Assembly (NCBI GenBank): GCA_045605805.1 | Contig: JAZUQR010000007.1 | Span: 1 to 62,999, forward strand | Direction of reading: 5' to 3' | Origin: Alphaproteobacteria bacterium | Lineage (GTDB): Bacteria; Pseudomonadota; Alphaproteobacteria; CAAHEQ01; UBA3637 | Length of the DNA: 62,999 nucleotides | Shown: in pieces, positions 42,488 through 50,815 of the stretch | Numbering within the stretch: position 1 is the first letter of the stretch | How the letters are laid out: each line of letters starts with the position of its first letter | The notes under the pieces: model-generated | The model's database searches: none | Told to the model about the DNA's origin: nothing | The model's input: the letters and a program-made list of their open reading frames with translations, nothing else | Translations under genes and position numbers: made by a program

Positions 42488-44940
42488 AACTGGTAATCGT
42501 GGAATCCCCCGCAAAAGCAAAAACCATCAATAAATACCTTGGCTCGGACTATTTTGTCATGGCCAGTTTTGGTCATATCCGTGATGTGCCCGCCAAAAAT
42601 AACAGTGTTCGCCCCGAAGAAGATTTTGCCATGGATTGGGAAATGAGCGCTCGGGGTGAAAAAACGGTGCGTGAAATGATTAAATCCTTGGAAAAAGCAG
42701 ATGCCTTATATTTGGCGTCTGACCCTGATAGAGAGGGAGAAGCAATCGCATGGCATGTCATTCAAGAATTAAAAAGGCGTAAAAAATTAAAACCAGAAAT
42801 GCCTGTTTATCGTGTAGTATTCCACGAAATTACAAAAAATGCCATCTTGGATGCCATCAAAAATCCTCGTGAAATTGATATGCAATTGGTAGACGCTTAT
42901 TTGGCCAGACGAGCTTTGGATTATCTGGTCGGATTCCATATTTCCCCCCTTCTTTGGAAAAAATTACCTGGTGCAAAATCGGCCGGTCGTGTTCAATCTG
43001 TTGCCTTGCGTCTTGTGTGTGAACGAGAAAGTGAAATCACGGCCTTCAAACCACAAGAATATTGGGGAATTGATGTAGATTTAGCCACCCCAACAAACGA
43101 AGTTTTTAATGCAAAACTAACCCATATAAACGGCAAAAAACTTGATAAGTTTGACTTAAAAAACAACAAGATAACAAACGAAGTTAAAGAAAAAGTTGAA
43201 TCATCTTCATTTGTTGTTGGCAACATTGAACGCAAACAAACAAAGCGCAACCCTGCACCAGCCTTTACAACATCCACTTTACAACAAGAAGCCAGCAGAA
43301 AGTTGGGGTTTGGGGCAAAAAAAACAATGCAACTGGCCCAAAAATTATACGAAGCCGGTTTAATCACCTATATGCGTACAGACAGCATCAACCTGTCACA
43401 AGAAGCCATCAAAGTAATTCGGGAAGTTATCCAAGCCGACTATGGCGATAAATATCTACCCGAAAAACCACGCTTATATAAAAACAACAGCAAAAATGCC
43501 CAAGAAGCACATGAAGCCATCCGTCCAACCAATGCCGCCAAAAAACCGGAAACCTTGGAAGTAGATTTAGACAGCCGAAAATTATATGAATTGGTTTGGA
43601 AAAGAACATTGGCCTGTCAAATGGAATCAGCATTATTAGATAAAGTCGCCATTGACATCCCTTCACAGGACGGCACTTTACAATTGCGTGCCACCGGACA
43701 AACCATTGCCTTCCCTGGATTCATCAAAGTCTATAAAGAAGATTTGGATGATGAAAAAACGGAAGATGACAATGCCCTGCTTCCAAATATGAATGAAAAA
43801 GATACCTTGGAAACAAAAGAAGTACATGCGACCCAACATTTTACCGAACCACCGCCTCGTTTTTCAGAAGCAAGTTTGGTGAAGAAATTGGAAGAACTTG
43901 GCATCGGTCGCCCATCAACATACGCCACAATTTTGTCCGTATTACAAGAACGAGAATATGTAAAACTCGCAAATAAACGCTTTATTCCAGAAGATAGAGG
44001 GCGCATCGTCACCGCCTTTTTGGAAAATTATTTCAATCATTATGTTCAATATGATTACACCGCCGGATTGGAAGATAAATTGGATAACATCACAAACGGC
44101 TCAATCAAATGGAAGGATGTATTGCAAGATTTTTGGGCTTTATTCCATAAAACGGTGCAAGATGCCGAGCCTCATAAAATGGGGGAAGTACTTGAAACTG
44201 TGGCTAAATCATTGGAAAAAGATCTGTTTCCAACAGAAGAATCCAAAGTCTGTCCAGAATGTAAAACAGGCACACTTTCGTTGCGTGTTGGCCGTTTTGG
44301 GGCATTCATAGGATGCTCAAACTATCCAACCTGTAAATATACAAAGCAATTTGCAAGCATTGAGGCCGAACGGGATGAAAACGGAAATCCCATTGAACCA
44401 TCTGTGGAAACACAAAACGCCACCTATGAACTGGGCAAGGATGCAAACGGGGCGGATATATCTGTCCGCAAAGGCCCCTATGGTTGGTATGTCCAGCAAG
44501 GCAATGGAAAAGAAGCAAAACGAGTCAGCCTTTCCAAGTCTATGAAACCAGAAGAAGTAGACATCAAAAAGGCCCTAGGCCTACTCTCTTTACCTCGTCC
44601 CTTAGGCAATGACCCCAACACAAATGAATTGATTGAAGTGGGCATCGGACGCTTTGGTCCCTATGTCAAACGAGGTAAAACATTCCAATCCCTTACTCCA
44701 GAAGATGATGTTTTGACAATTGAATTACCTCGTGCTATGACACTTCTTACCGATGCAAAAGAAAAACAAAAAGCCAAAGTTTTAGGCAAATGGCAAGACA
44801 AAGAAATCACCTATCAATCGGGAAGATACGGTCCTTATGTTAAATGGGAACGCATTATGGCAAGTTGTAAAAAAGACGGTACAGTTCCAACCTTAGATGA
44901 AGCCATCATTTTAATTCAAAATAAAATGCGTGAAAAATAA
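42484..44940 (+). CDS. topA: DNA topoisomerase I
   Basis: VIVESPAKAKTI, ASDPDREGEAI, SAGRVQS, ITYMRTD, AHEAIRPT, zinc ribbon, GRFGPY repeats. Confidence 0.98.
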   Translation: MKLVIVESPAKAKTINKYLGSDYFVMASFGHIRDVPAKNNSVRPEEDFAMDWEMSARGEKTVREMIKSLEKADALYLASDPDREGEAIAWHVIQELKRRKKLKPEMPVYRVVFHEITKNAILDAIKNPREIDMQLVDAYLARRALDYLVGFHISPLLWKKLPGAKSAGRVQSVALRLVCERESEITAFKPQEYWGIDVDLATPTNEVFNAKLTHINGKKLDKFDLKNNKITNEVKEKVESSSFVVGNIERKQTKRNPAPAFTTSTLQQEASRKLGFGAKKTMQLAQKLYEAGLITYMRTDSINLSQEAIKVIREVIQADYGDKYLPEKPRLYKNNSKNAQEAHEAIRPTNAAKKPETLEVDLDSRKLYELVWKRTLACQMESALLDKVAIDIPSQDGTLQLRATGQTIAFPGFIKVYKEDLDDEKTEDDNALLPNMNEKDTLETKEVHATQHFTEPPPRFSEASLVKKLEELGIGRPSTYATILSVLQEREYVKLANKRFIPEDRGRIVTAFLENYFNHYVQYDYTAGLEDKLDNITNGSIKWKDVLQDFWALFHKTVQDAEPHKMGEVLETVAKSLEKDLFPTEESKVCPECKTGTLSLRVGRFGAFIGCSNYPTCKYTKQFASIEAERDENGNPIEPSVETQNATYELGKDANGADISVRKGPYGWYVQQGNGKEAKRVSLSKSMKPEEVDIKKALGLLSLPRPLGNDPNTNELIEVGIGRFGPYVKRGKTFQSLTPEDDVLTIELPRAMTLLTDAKEKQKAKVLGKWQDKEITYQSGRYGPYVKWERIMASCKKDGTVPTLDEAIILIQNKMREK

Positions 44941-44968
44941 AAAAGCGCTGAACCTCAGCGCTTTATTT
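44941..44968. terminator. Bidirectional terminator
   Basis: AAAGCGCTG-AACCT-CAGCGCTTT between convergent genes. Confidence 0.75.
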
Positions 44969-45667
44969 TTAATAATCATCGTTTGGAATAATCGCTTTGG
45001 CAAACTTCTTGCCCCGTTTCATTTTTTTCAATTTCAAAGACGGCACAACATCCAAAACAACATCATATAATTCTTTTAATTTATTCGTGTATAAATGGTC
45101 CGTTTTGGCCAGAGAAACATATTCCACATTCACAGAAGGATTTTCATCCAATTGTTCAGCCAACCGAGCCACAGCATTTGCGTCTACAAGCGCATCATCC
45201 GCCCCTTGTACAATTAAACCAGAGGCCGGACAAGGCATTAAAAAGTTAAAATCATGTTCTCCCACACAAGGTGTTGCAAAAACAAAGCCTTGAATCTCTG
45301 GGCGACGCATCATCACCTGAGCTCCAATCCATGCCCCAAAAGCATAACCAGCAATCCAACATTTGTTACCATCAGAATCTAAGGCTTGCAACCAATCCAA
45401 AGCCGCAATCGCATCTGCCAATTCGCCCACACCAGTACCATCCTTTTGTCCAGCAGAAGTTCCCACGCCACGATAATTTAAGCGTAAAACAGAAAAACCC
45501 AAACCAGCAAAAGCCTGAAACAAAGCGTAAGTCACCTTATTATTCATAGTTGCCCCTTGTTTGGGATCAGGTGGCAAAACCAACATCAACGGTGCAGTTG
45601 GATTTTCTGAACGATAAAAACGCCCTTCTAAACGGCCACAAGGACCAGCAAAAAATACCTCAGCCAT
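44969..45667 (-). CDS. Alpha/beta-hydrolase-fold protein (conserved alphaproteobacterial family), nucleophile Ser replaced by Ala
   Basis: GRLEGR, TMNNKV, NYRGVG.S.G, CWIAGYAFGAWIG, RRPEI.GF, FL.PCP.SGL. Confidence 0.85.
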   Translation of the reverse strand: MAEVFFAGPCGRLEGRFYRSENPTAPLMLVLPPDPKQGATMNNKVTYALFQAFAGLGFSVLRLNYRGVGTSAGQKDGTGVGELADAIAALDWLQALDSDGNKCWIAGYAFGAWIGAQVMMRRPEIQGFVFATPCVGEHDFNFLMPCPASGLIVQGADDALVDANAVARLAEQLDENPSVNVEYVSLAKTDHLYTNKLKELYDVVLDVVPSLKLKKMKRGKKFAKAIIPNDDY

Positions 45668-45778
45668 AAAACAAACCTCCTATAAATAAGAACTTAAAAG
45701 TAAAAGTACAATATTTTTTCAAAAAATGCAAGATTTTTGTTGACATTCATAAAAAAAAGAGGTATAACTATCATCACA

Positions 45779-45854
45779 GGCGGAGTAGCTCAGTTGGTAG
45801 AGCGGTGGAATCATAATCCATGTGTCGGGGGTTCGATCCCCTCCTCCGCTACCA
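45779..45854 (+). tRNA. tRNA-Met(CAT), elongator type
   Basis: GGCGGAGTAGCTCAG...GTGGA-ATCATAA-TCCAT...CTCCGCTACCA; base 1 pairs with 72 (G-U) and there is no GGG/CCC anticodon stem; TTGACA-17-TATAAC promoter upstream. Confidence 0.93.
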
Positions 45855-45855
45855 A

Positions 45856-45892
45856 AAAAACCAGTAAGATGAATAACTTACTGGATTTTTTT
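45856..45892. terminator. Terminator between tRNA-Met and the convergent CDS
   Basis: CCAGTAAG-ATGAATAA-CTTACTGG flanked by A and T runs. Confidence 0.75.
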
Positions 45893-45913
45893 ATATCAGA
45901 ACTTGAACTTATC

Positions 45914-46705
45914 TTACCGCAGTTTAATACACACCCCTGGCTTCGGATTTCCAAAAACTTGAGCAGCAGAACCGCCACGCAAACAAATTTCAACACAGGA
46001 TTTGCCATTAAACCCAGACGACCCCGGTGCCAAAATTAAACTGCCATCGGCCACCGAAAAAATCCCTTCACCAACCGAAACAGACCTTTCAATCCCATTT
46101 ATTTCAACACTTTGAATAGATGAATCCAAAATAATATTGGTTTTCAAATTACCATATCCGTCAATAAAACAAATTGTGTTATCTGGCACAGGTAAAACAT
46201 CCATTACCATCTCACCCAACAAAGGCCACTCTTTCAATGGTTTATCAGCCCATTCGGCCAACGAGGCCACACAAGGAGGAAACACATCCCGAGAACGGAA
46301 TTGAGAGCCATCCACAGCACATTTCACCCGATACACCGGCACACCCAAGAATGAAAAAGTATAACCACCAAACACACCAATCACACGCACCCCATTGGGC
46401 AATTCAGCCACAGCCAAAAACTCTCCCGCATTATTGTTCCGAGCCGAAAGTTCGTCCTTGCGTGGGGCGGTGTTGTGATAAACAATGTGTTTGCTTCCCA
46501 ACCGAGAATGTGTTGCCAATTGTGCCACCGCAAAGCCTGTTTCAACAGTATTAAAGGGATGAACAGATAAGTTTTTAATGATGGGAAAATCAAGTCCCTT
46601 ATCCAAAAACTCTTCCATCAAAGTGCGATTCACCTCGGAAAAAGCCAAATCATCAATACCAGCTTGCGCACCATAATCAGCAATAAAATCTATATAAAAA
46701 GTCAT
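45914..46705 (-). CDS. SAM hydrolase / SAM-dependent halogenase (DUF62-like) family protein
   Basis: N-terminal ADYG..D, FRSRDVF, IDGYGNLKT, GSSG, A...F; start MTFYID at 46705. Confidence 0.7.
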   Translation of the reverse strand: MTFYIDFIADYGAQAGIDDLAFSEVNRTLMEEFLDKGLDFPIIKNLSVHPFNTVETGFAVAQLATHSRLGSKHIVYHNTAPRKDELSARNNNAGEFLAVAELPNGVRVIGVFGGYTFSFLGVPVYRVKCAVDGSQFRSRDVFPPCVASLAEWADKPLKEWPLLGEMVMDVLPVPDNTICFIDGYGNLKTNIILDSSIQSVEINGIERSVSVGEGIFSVADGSLILAPGSSGFNGKSCVEICLRGGSAAQVFGNPKPGVCIKLR

Positions 46706-46762
46706 ACATTCTCCTTTTGTTATAAAGCGAAAGTCTAACAAAAAACAAAAGAAAAGTCAATA

Positions 46763-46792
46763 AAAATACCCCACCCGAAAGTGAGGTATTTT
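46763..46792 (-). terminator. aspS terminator
   Basis: Minus strand AAAATACCTCAC-TTTCGG-GTGGGGTATTTT plus U tract. Confidence 0.8.
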
Positions 46793-46805
46793 AAGCAGTT
46801 GTCGC

Positions 46806-48572
46806 TTAACGCAACTTGATATGTACCTCTCTCAACTGTTTTTCTGACACTGCCGAGGGGGCATTCATCAACAAATCTTGCGCTTGTTGGTTGAATGGGA
46901 AGGCTATCACTTCACGGATATACTCTTCATTTTCCAACATCATTACAATGCGGTCAAAACCAAAAGCAGCCCCACCATGAGGCGGTGCGCCAAACTTAAA
47001 GGCATTCAACATACCACCAAACTTGGCTTCAACCACTTCTGGTCCATATCCGGCAATTTCAAATGCCTTATACATCACATCCGGTCTGTGGTTCCGAATA
47101 GCACCAGACAACATTTCTAATCCATTTCCAACCATATCAAATTGATAGGCCTTGATTTCCAACGGATTTTTGTTTAACAATGTGTCCAATTCGCCTTGCG
47201 GCATAGAAAATGGATTGTGGCTGAACATCGGTTTGCCGGTTTCCGGATCCATTTCATAGAATGGGAAATCAACTACCCAACAAAAGCGATAAGCATTCTT
47301 TTCATACAACTCCAATTCTTTACCAAGCAAATTGCGCACTTTGCCGGCAAACAAGGCCGCAGCATCACCAGAGCCACAAACAAAGAACACACTGTCCCCT
47401 TGTTCTGTACCAGTCAATTCAAACAATTTGGCCAAACGAGCTTCATCCAATTTTTTTGCAATCGGACCTTTGTTGCCTTCTGCTGTCCGTACAATATAGC
47501 CCAAACCGCCCATATTATTGTCCACAGCAAAGGCATTCATCTTGTCAAACCAACTGCGTGGCCGATCCTCTGTTTTTGGGGCCCGAATAGCACGCACAAA
47601 ACCGCCTTCTGCCACTTTGGAAGCAAAAATACCGAATTCAGAACCTGCAAACACCTCTGACACATCAACAATAGTCAAAGGGTTACGCAAATCTGGCTTA
47701 TCTGTTCCATACTTTAACATAGCTTCATCAAACGGAATGCGTTGAAACGGAGCCGCAGACACAGCAGCATTCGGTGCAAACTCTTTGAAAATAGAACTAA
47801 TCAAGTTCTCGGCTACCTCCAAAATCTCATCTTGTGTCACAAAAGACATTTCCCAGTCAATCTGATAAAACTCACCAGGAGAACGATCTGCACGAGAATC
47901 TTCATCTCTGAAGCAAGGAGCTAATTGGAAATAACGGTCAAACCCAGCCACCATCAGTAATTGCTTAAATTGTTGCGGAGATTGAGGAAGCGCGTAAAAC
48001 TCGCCTTTATGAACACGGCTTGGCACCAAATAATCCCGAGCCCCTTCCGGACTGGAAGAAGTCAAAATAGGCGTCTGAAACTCTGTAAACCCCATATTCC
48101 ACATAGCATCACGCACAAACTTGTTTAAGCGATTACGCAATAAAATATTCGCATGAGGTTTGGCTCTGCGTAAATCCAAAAAGCGATAAGTTAAACGTTG
48201 TTCTTCACTCAATTCAGACGAATCGGCAGTAATTAAAAATGGCAAAACCTGAGCCTCACTTAAAACTTCAACCGCTTGAACCGAAACTTCAATTTCACCT
48301 GTCGGCATTTTAGCATTGATTGTTTCAGGCGTTCTGCTTAAAACTTTTCCTTCAATACGCACTACAGATTCAGGACGAGCTTTTTCCAACACAGAAAAGC
48401 TATCAGACGAAGTGTCCACCACACATTGTGTCACGCCATCATTATCCCTTAAATCAATAAATAATAAGTTGCCGTGATCACGCTTTGTTTGAATCCATCC
48501 GGATAAAACAACAGTTTCACCTGCATTTGAGGAACGCAATTGTCCACAAAGTTTTGTTCTATAATTTTGCAT
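46806..48572 (-). CDS. aspS: Aspartate--tRNA ligase (probably non-discriminating)
   Basis: [53 protein letters not shown]; ATG 48572 lies 9 nt after a GAAAGGTG SD. Confidence 0.98.
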   Translation of the reverse strand: MQNYRTKLCGQLRSSNAGETVVLSGWIQTKRDHGNLLFIDLRDNDGVTQCVVDTSSDSFSVLEKARPESVVRIEGKVLSRTPETINAKMPTGEIEVSVQAVEVLSEAQVLPFLITADSSELSEEQRLTYRFLDLRRAKPHANILLRNRLNKFVRDAMWNMGFTEFQTPILTSSSPEGARDYLVPSRVHKGEFYALPQSPQQFKQLLMVAGFDRYFQLAPCFRDEDSRADRSPGEFYQIDWEMSFVTQDEILEVAENLISSIFKEFAPNAAVSAAPFQRIPFDEAMLKYGTDKPDLRNPLTIVDVSEVFAGSEFGIFASKVAEGGFVRAIRAPKTEDRPRSWFDKMNAFAVDNNMGGLGYIVRTAEGNKGPIAKKLDEARLAKLFELTGTEQGDSVFFVCGSGDAAALFAGKVRNLLGKELELYEKNAYRFCWVVDFPFYEMDPETGKPMFSHNPFSMPQGELDTLLNKNPLEIKAYQFDMVGNGLEMLSGAIRNHRPDVMYKAFEIAGYGPEVVEAKFGGMLNAFKFGAPPHGGAAFGFDRIVMMLENEEYIREVIAFPFNQQAQDLLMNAPSAVSEKQLREVHIKLR

Positions 48573-48751
48573 TGTAATTTTCACCTTTCATTTTGTTAAG
48601 TGCAAGGGCGAATTTCGTCCGCTGTGCCACCTTGCTTCAGGGTCTGAATAAACCCCCTTAAACACGCTGTAACGGGCGCAACCCGAAGGGTTCTAATAAG
48701 CAAAAAGCCGTTCTTCCCTTATGCTCCCCTGTGTCATCAGGATCATTGCAT
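48573..48751 (-). promoter_or_regulatory. T-box riboswitch, ultrashort Stem I / translational type, Asp (GAC) specifier
   Basis: K-turn Stem I with terminal loop AU-GAC-A, Stem II, IIA/B with CCGUUA, Stem III, antisequestrator GCAAGG-UGGCACA-GCGGA...UUCGC-CCUUGC directly upstream of the aspS SD. Confidence 0.9.
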
Positions 48752-48756
48752 ACACA

Positions 48757-48785
48757 ATTTTACCAAATAAAAACTCAAAAAGCAA
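48757..48785 (-). promoter_or_regulatory. Sigma70 promoter of the T-box/aspS transcript
   Basis: TTGCTT (48780-48785)-17-TAAAAT (48757-48762) with TG extension; predicted +1 at about the first base of Stem I. Confidence 0.7.
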
Positions 48786-48830
48786 TCAAAAACTTATGAC
48801 ATTTACAAAAAAATATGATATAATAACACC

Positions 48831-49814
48831 ATGTTAAAAGAAAAATGTCCTTATTTTAACCAATGTGGCGGATGCGTCTGGCAAGATTTATCCGAGCAAG
48901 AATATATTCAAAAAAAAGAAAACTTTGTCAAAAACGCCTTTCGGGATGTCAATCTGGAAATCAACCTATCCCCCATGATTTTAATCCCAACCGGCACTCG
49001 CAGACGGGCCAGCTTCTCCTTCAACGGCAACCATTTTGGCTTTAATGGGCAAAAAAGCCATCAAATTATTGATATTGCCACCTGCCCGCTTTTAACACCA
49101 ACCATCAATCAAGCCCTTCCTTTCTTGAAAAAGGTGATAGCCCAACTGAAATCAAGCGGAGATGTATTTGTTCTGGCAACAGAAATGGGATTGGATGTTC
49201 ATATCAAAGATAAAAAAGGGTATCCACACCTACAAGAAATTGAATTGCTGAATACCCTCAGCCAATATACGATAATTGCCCGAGTGATGTATAATAACAC
49301 ACCCATCTTCCAGAAAACACCACTCAGCGCAAGTGCTGATGCTTTTATGCAGCCCAGCCTTGAAGGCGAACAAACCCTGATACAACAGGTTTTGGAAAAC
49401 ATTGGACCTGCCAAAACAGCATTGGATTTATTTTGTGGCAAAGGAACATTCACAATTCCATTGCTCAACAAAGGATTAAAAATCAAAGGTTATGATAGTT
49501 CTCCCTCTGTCCTCGCTTTACAAGAAAATGGCGAACAACGAGATTTATTCAGAAACCCGCTTACACCAGAAGAATTTGAAAAAATTGATTTGGTAGTTCT
49601 AGACCCTGCCCGAGCAGGTGCTTTAACCCAAATTGAACAACTGGCTCAAACACAAGTACCTAAAATCATTATGATTTCTTGCAATCCCAAAACAGCCGCC
49701 CGGGATATCAAAATCTTAATAAAAAACGGTTGGAAGATACAAAAAATCACACCAATTGACCAATTTACCTACTCAAACCATATAGAATTGGTCACCATCT
49801 TGAAAAAAGAATAA
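48831..49814 (+). CDS. RNA m5U methyltransferase, RlmD/TrmA family (no TRAM domain)
   Basis: CPYF..CGGC Fe-S motif, F.Q, LDLFCGKG, LDPAR.G, ISCNP.T..RD, DQF..S.H.E. Confidence 0.88.
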   Translation: MLKEKCPYFNQCGGCVWQDLSEQEYIQKKENFVKNAFRDVNLEINLSPMILIPTGTRRRASFSFNGNHFGFNGQKSHQIIDIATCPLLTPTINQALPFLKKVIAQLKSSGDVFVLATEMGLDVHIKDKKGYPHLQEIELLNTLSQYTIIARVMYNNTPIFQKTPLSASADAFMQPSLEGEQTLIQQVLENIGPAKTALDLFCGKGTFTIPLLNKGLKIKGYDSSPSVLALQENGEQRDLFRNPLTPEEFEKIDLVVLDPARAGALTQIEQLAQTQVPKIIMISCNPKTAARDIKILIKNGWKIQKITPIDQFTYSNHIELVTILKKE

Positions 49815-49895
49815 CATAAATATATATATTTTTTATTGACATCACAATTTTCTTTGATTAAACTACTAACAGTTGTAGAAAAAAAGGAGGAAGCG

Positions 49896-50420
49896 ATGAA
49901 AAGAAAAAATGCAAACGGTAATGCAAGAGGACGCCTCTCCGATGGTGCTCCTAATCCTATTGATGTTTATGTTGGATCTCGTGTACGAATGCGTAGGTCT
50001 GTATTAGGAATGAGCCAAGAACGCCTTGCCGCAGAGTTGGGTGTCACCTTTCAACAAGTTCAAAAATATGAACATGGCTCAAACCGTATTGGAGCAAGTC
50101 GTTTATGGGATTTAGCACAAGTTCTTGGCGTTGATGTTGATTTCTTCTATAAGGATATAGATAAAAATGCCATTGAAAACAGCCCCCGCAAAATAACAAA
50201 CACATATACTCTTTCCGATAATGTTCAATTCTTTGATATGGGTATTTTATTAAGGAAAGATGCCCGAGCCCTTATCAACAACTATGCAAAAATAACAGAC
50301 CCGAAAATTCAAAAAAATATCGTGGATATTGTCTGTGCATTGGCCGAAACAAGCCAAAAGCAAGAAGAAAATCAGCAAGAATACGATAACGGCGATGAAA
50401 ACGATTTTGAGGACTATTAA
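49896..50420 (+). CDS. XRE-family HTH transcriptional regulator
   Basis: PNPIDVYVGSRVRMRR...SQE.LA..LGVTFQQVQKYE.G.NRI; AGGAGG SD before ATG 49896. Confidence 0.92.
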   Translation: MKRKNANGNARGRLSDGAPNPIDVYVGSRVRMRRSVLGMSQERLAAELGVTFQQVQKYEHGSNRIGASRLWDLAQVLGVDVDFFYKDIDKNAIENSPRKITNTYTLSDNVQFFDMGILLRKDARALINNYAKITDPKIQKNIVDIVCALAETSQKQEENQQEYDNGDENDFEDY

Positions 50421-50815
50421 ATCCCCATCATCAATTTAATTTCTTCCGAAAGTTTGTCTGTTGTCCACGGTGGATCAAAAGTAAGGTTCACCGTCACAAC
50501 ACCTACACCCACAACAGACGAAACAGCCAACGCCACCAAATGAATCATCTCTTCTCCCATAGGACAAGTGGGCGAAGTTAAAGTCATCACAATCTTCACA
50601 TCCCCATTGTCTTCTTGTTTGATATCATAAATTAAACCCAAATCAAAAACATTTAACATCAATTCAGGGTCTTGAACAGATTTCAAAGCAGCTACAATAT
50701 CTTCTTGTGAAGCCTTGTGCTCCCCTTCTTTTAACGGCTCACCCACAACAGATTCATAGTCCAATTCAATCGGGGTGGGTAATTCAAGCTCGTCTAATGT
50801 TTTATTTTCGGTCAT
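50417..50815 (-). CDS. sufT: Fe-S cluster assembly protein SufT (DUF59)
   Basis: DPE...N..DLGLIY, MTLTSPTCP, FDPPW. Confidence 0.9.
   Translation of the reverse strand: MTENKTLDELELPTPIELDYESVVGEPLKEGEHKASQEDIVAALKSVQDPELMLNVFDLGLIYDIKQEDNGDVKIVMTLTSPTCPMGEEMIHLVALAVSSVVGVGVVTVNLTFDPPWTTDKLSEEIKLMMGI

Noticed and set aside
45779-45854. tRNA-CAT as initiator Met or Ile2
   Set aside because: Position 1 pairs with 72 and the anticodon stem lacks three G-C pairs, arguing against initiator; the sequence resembles elongator Met, though Ile2 is not formally excluded without a model.
45737-46039. ORFs overlapping tRNA-Met
   Set aside because: Spurious frames across a tRNA gene and its terminator.
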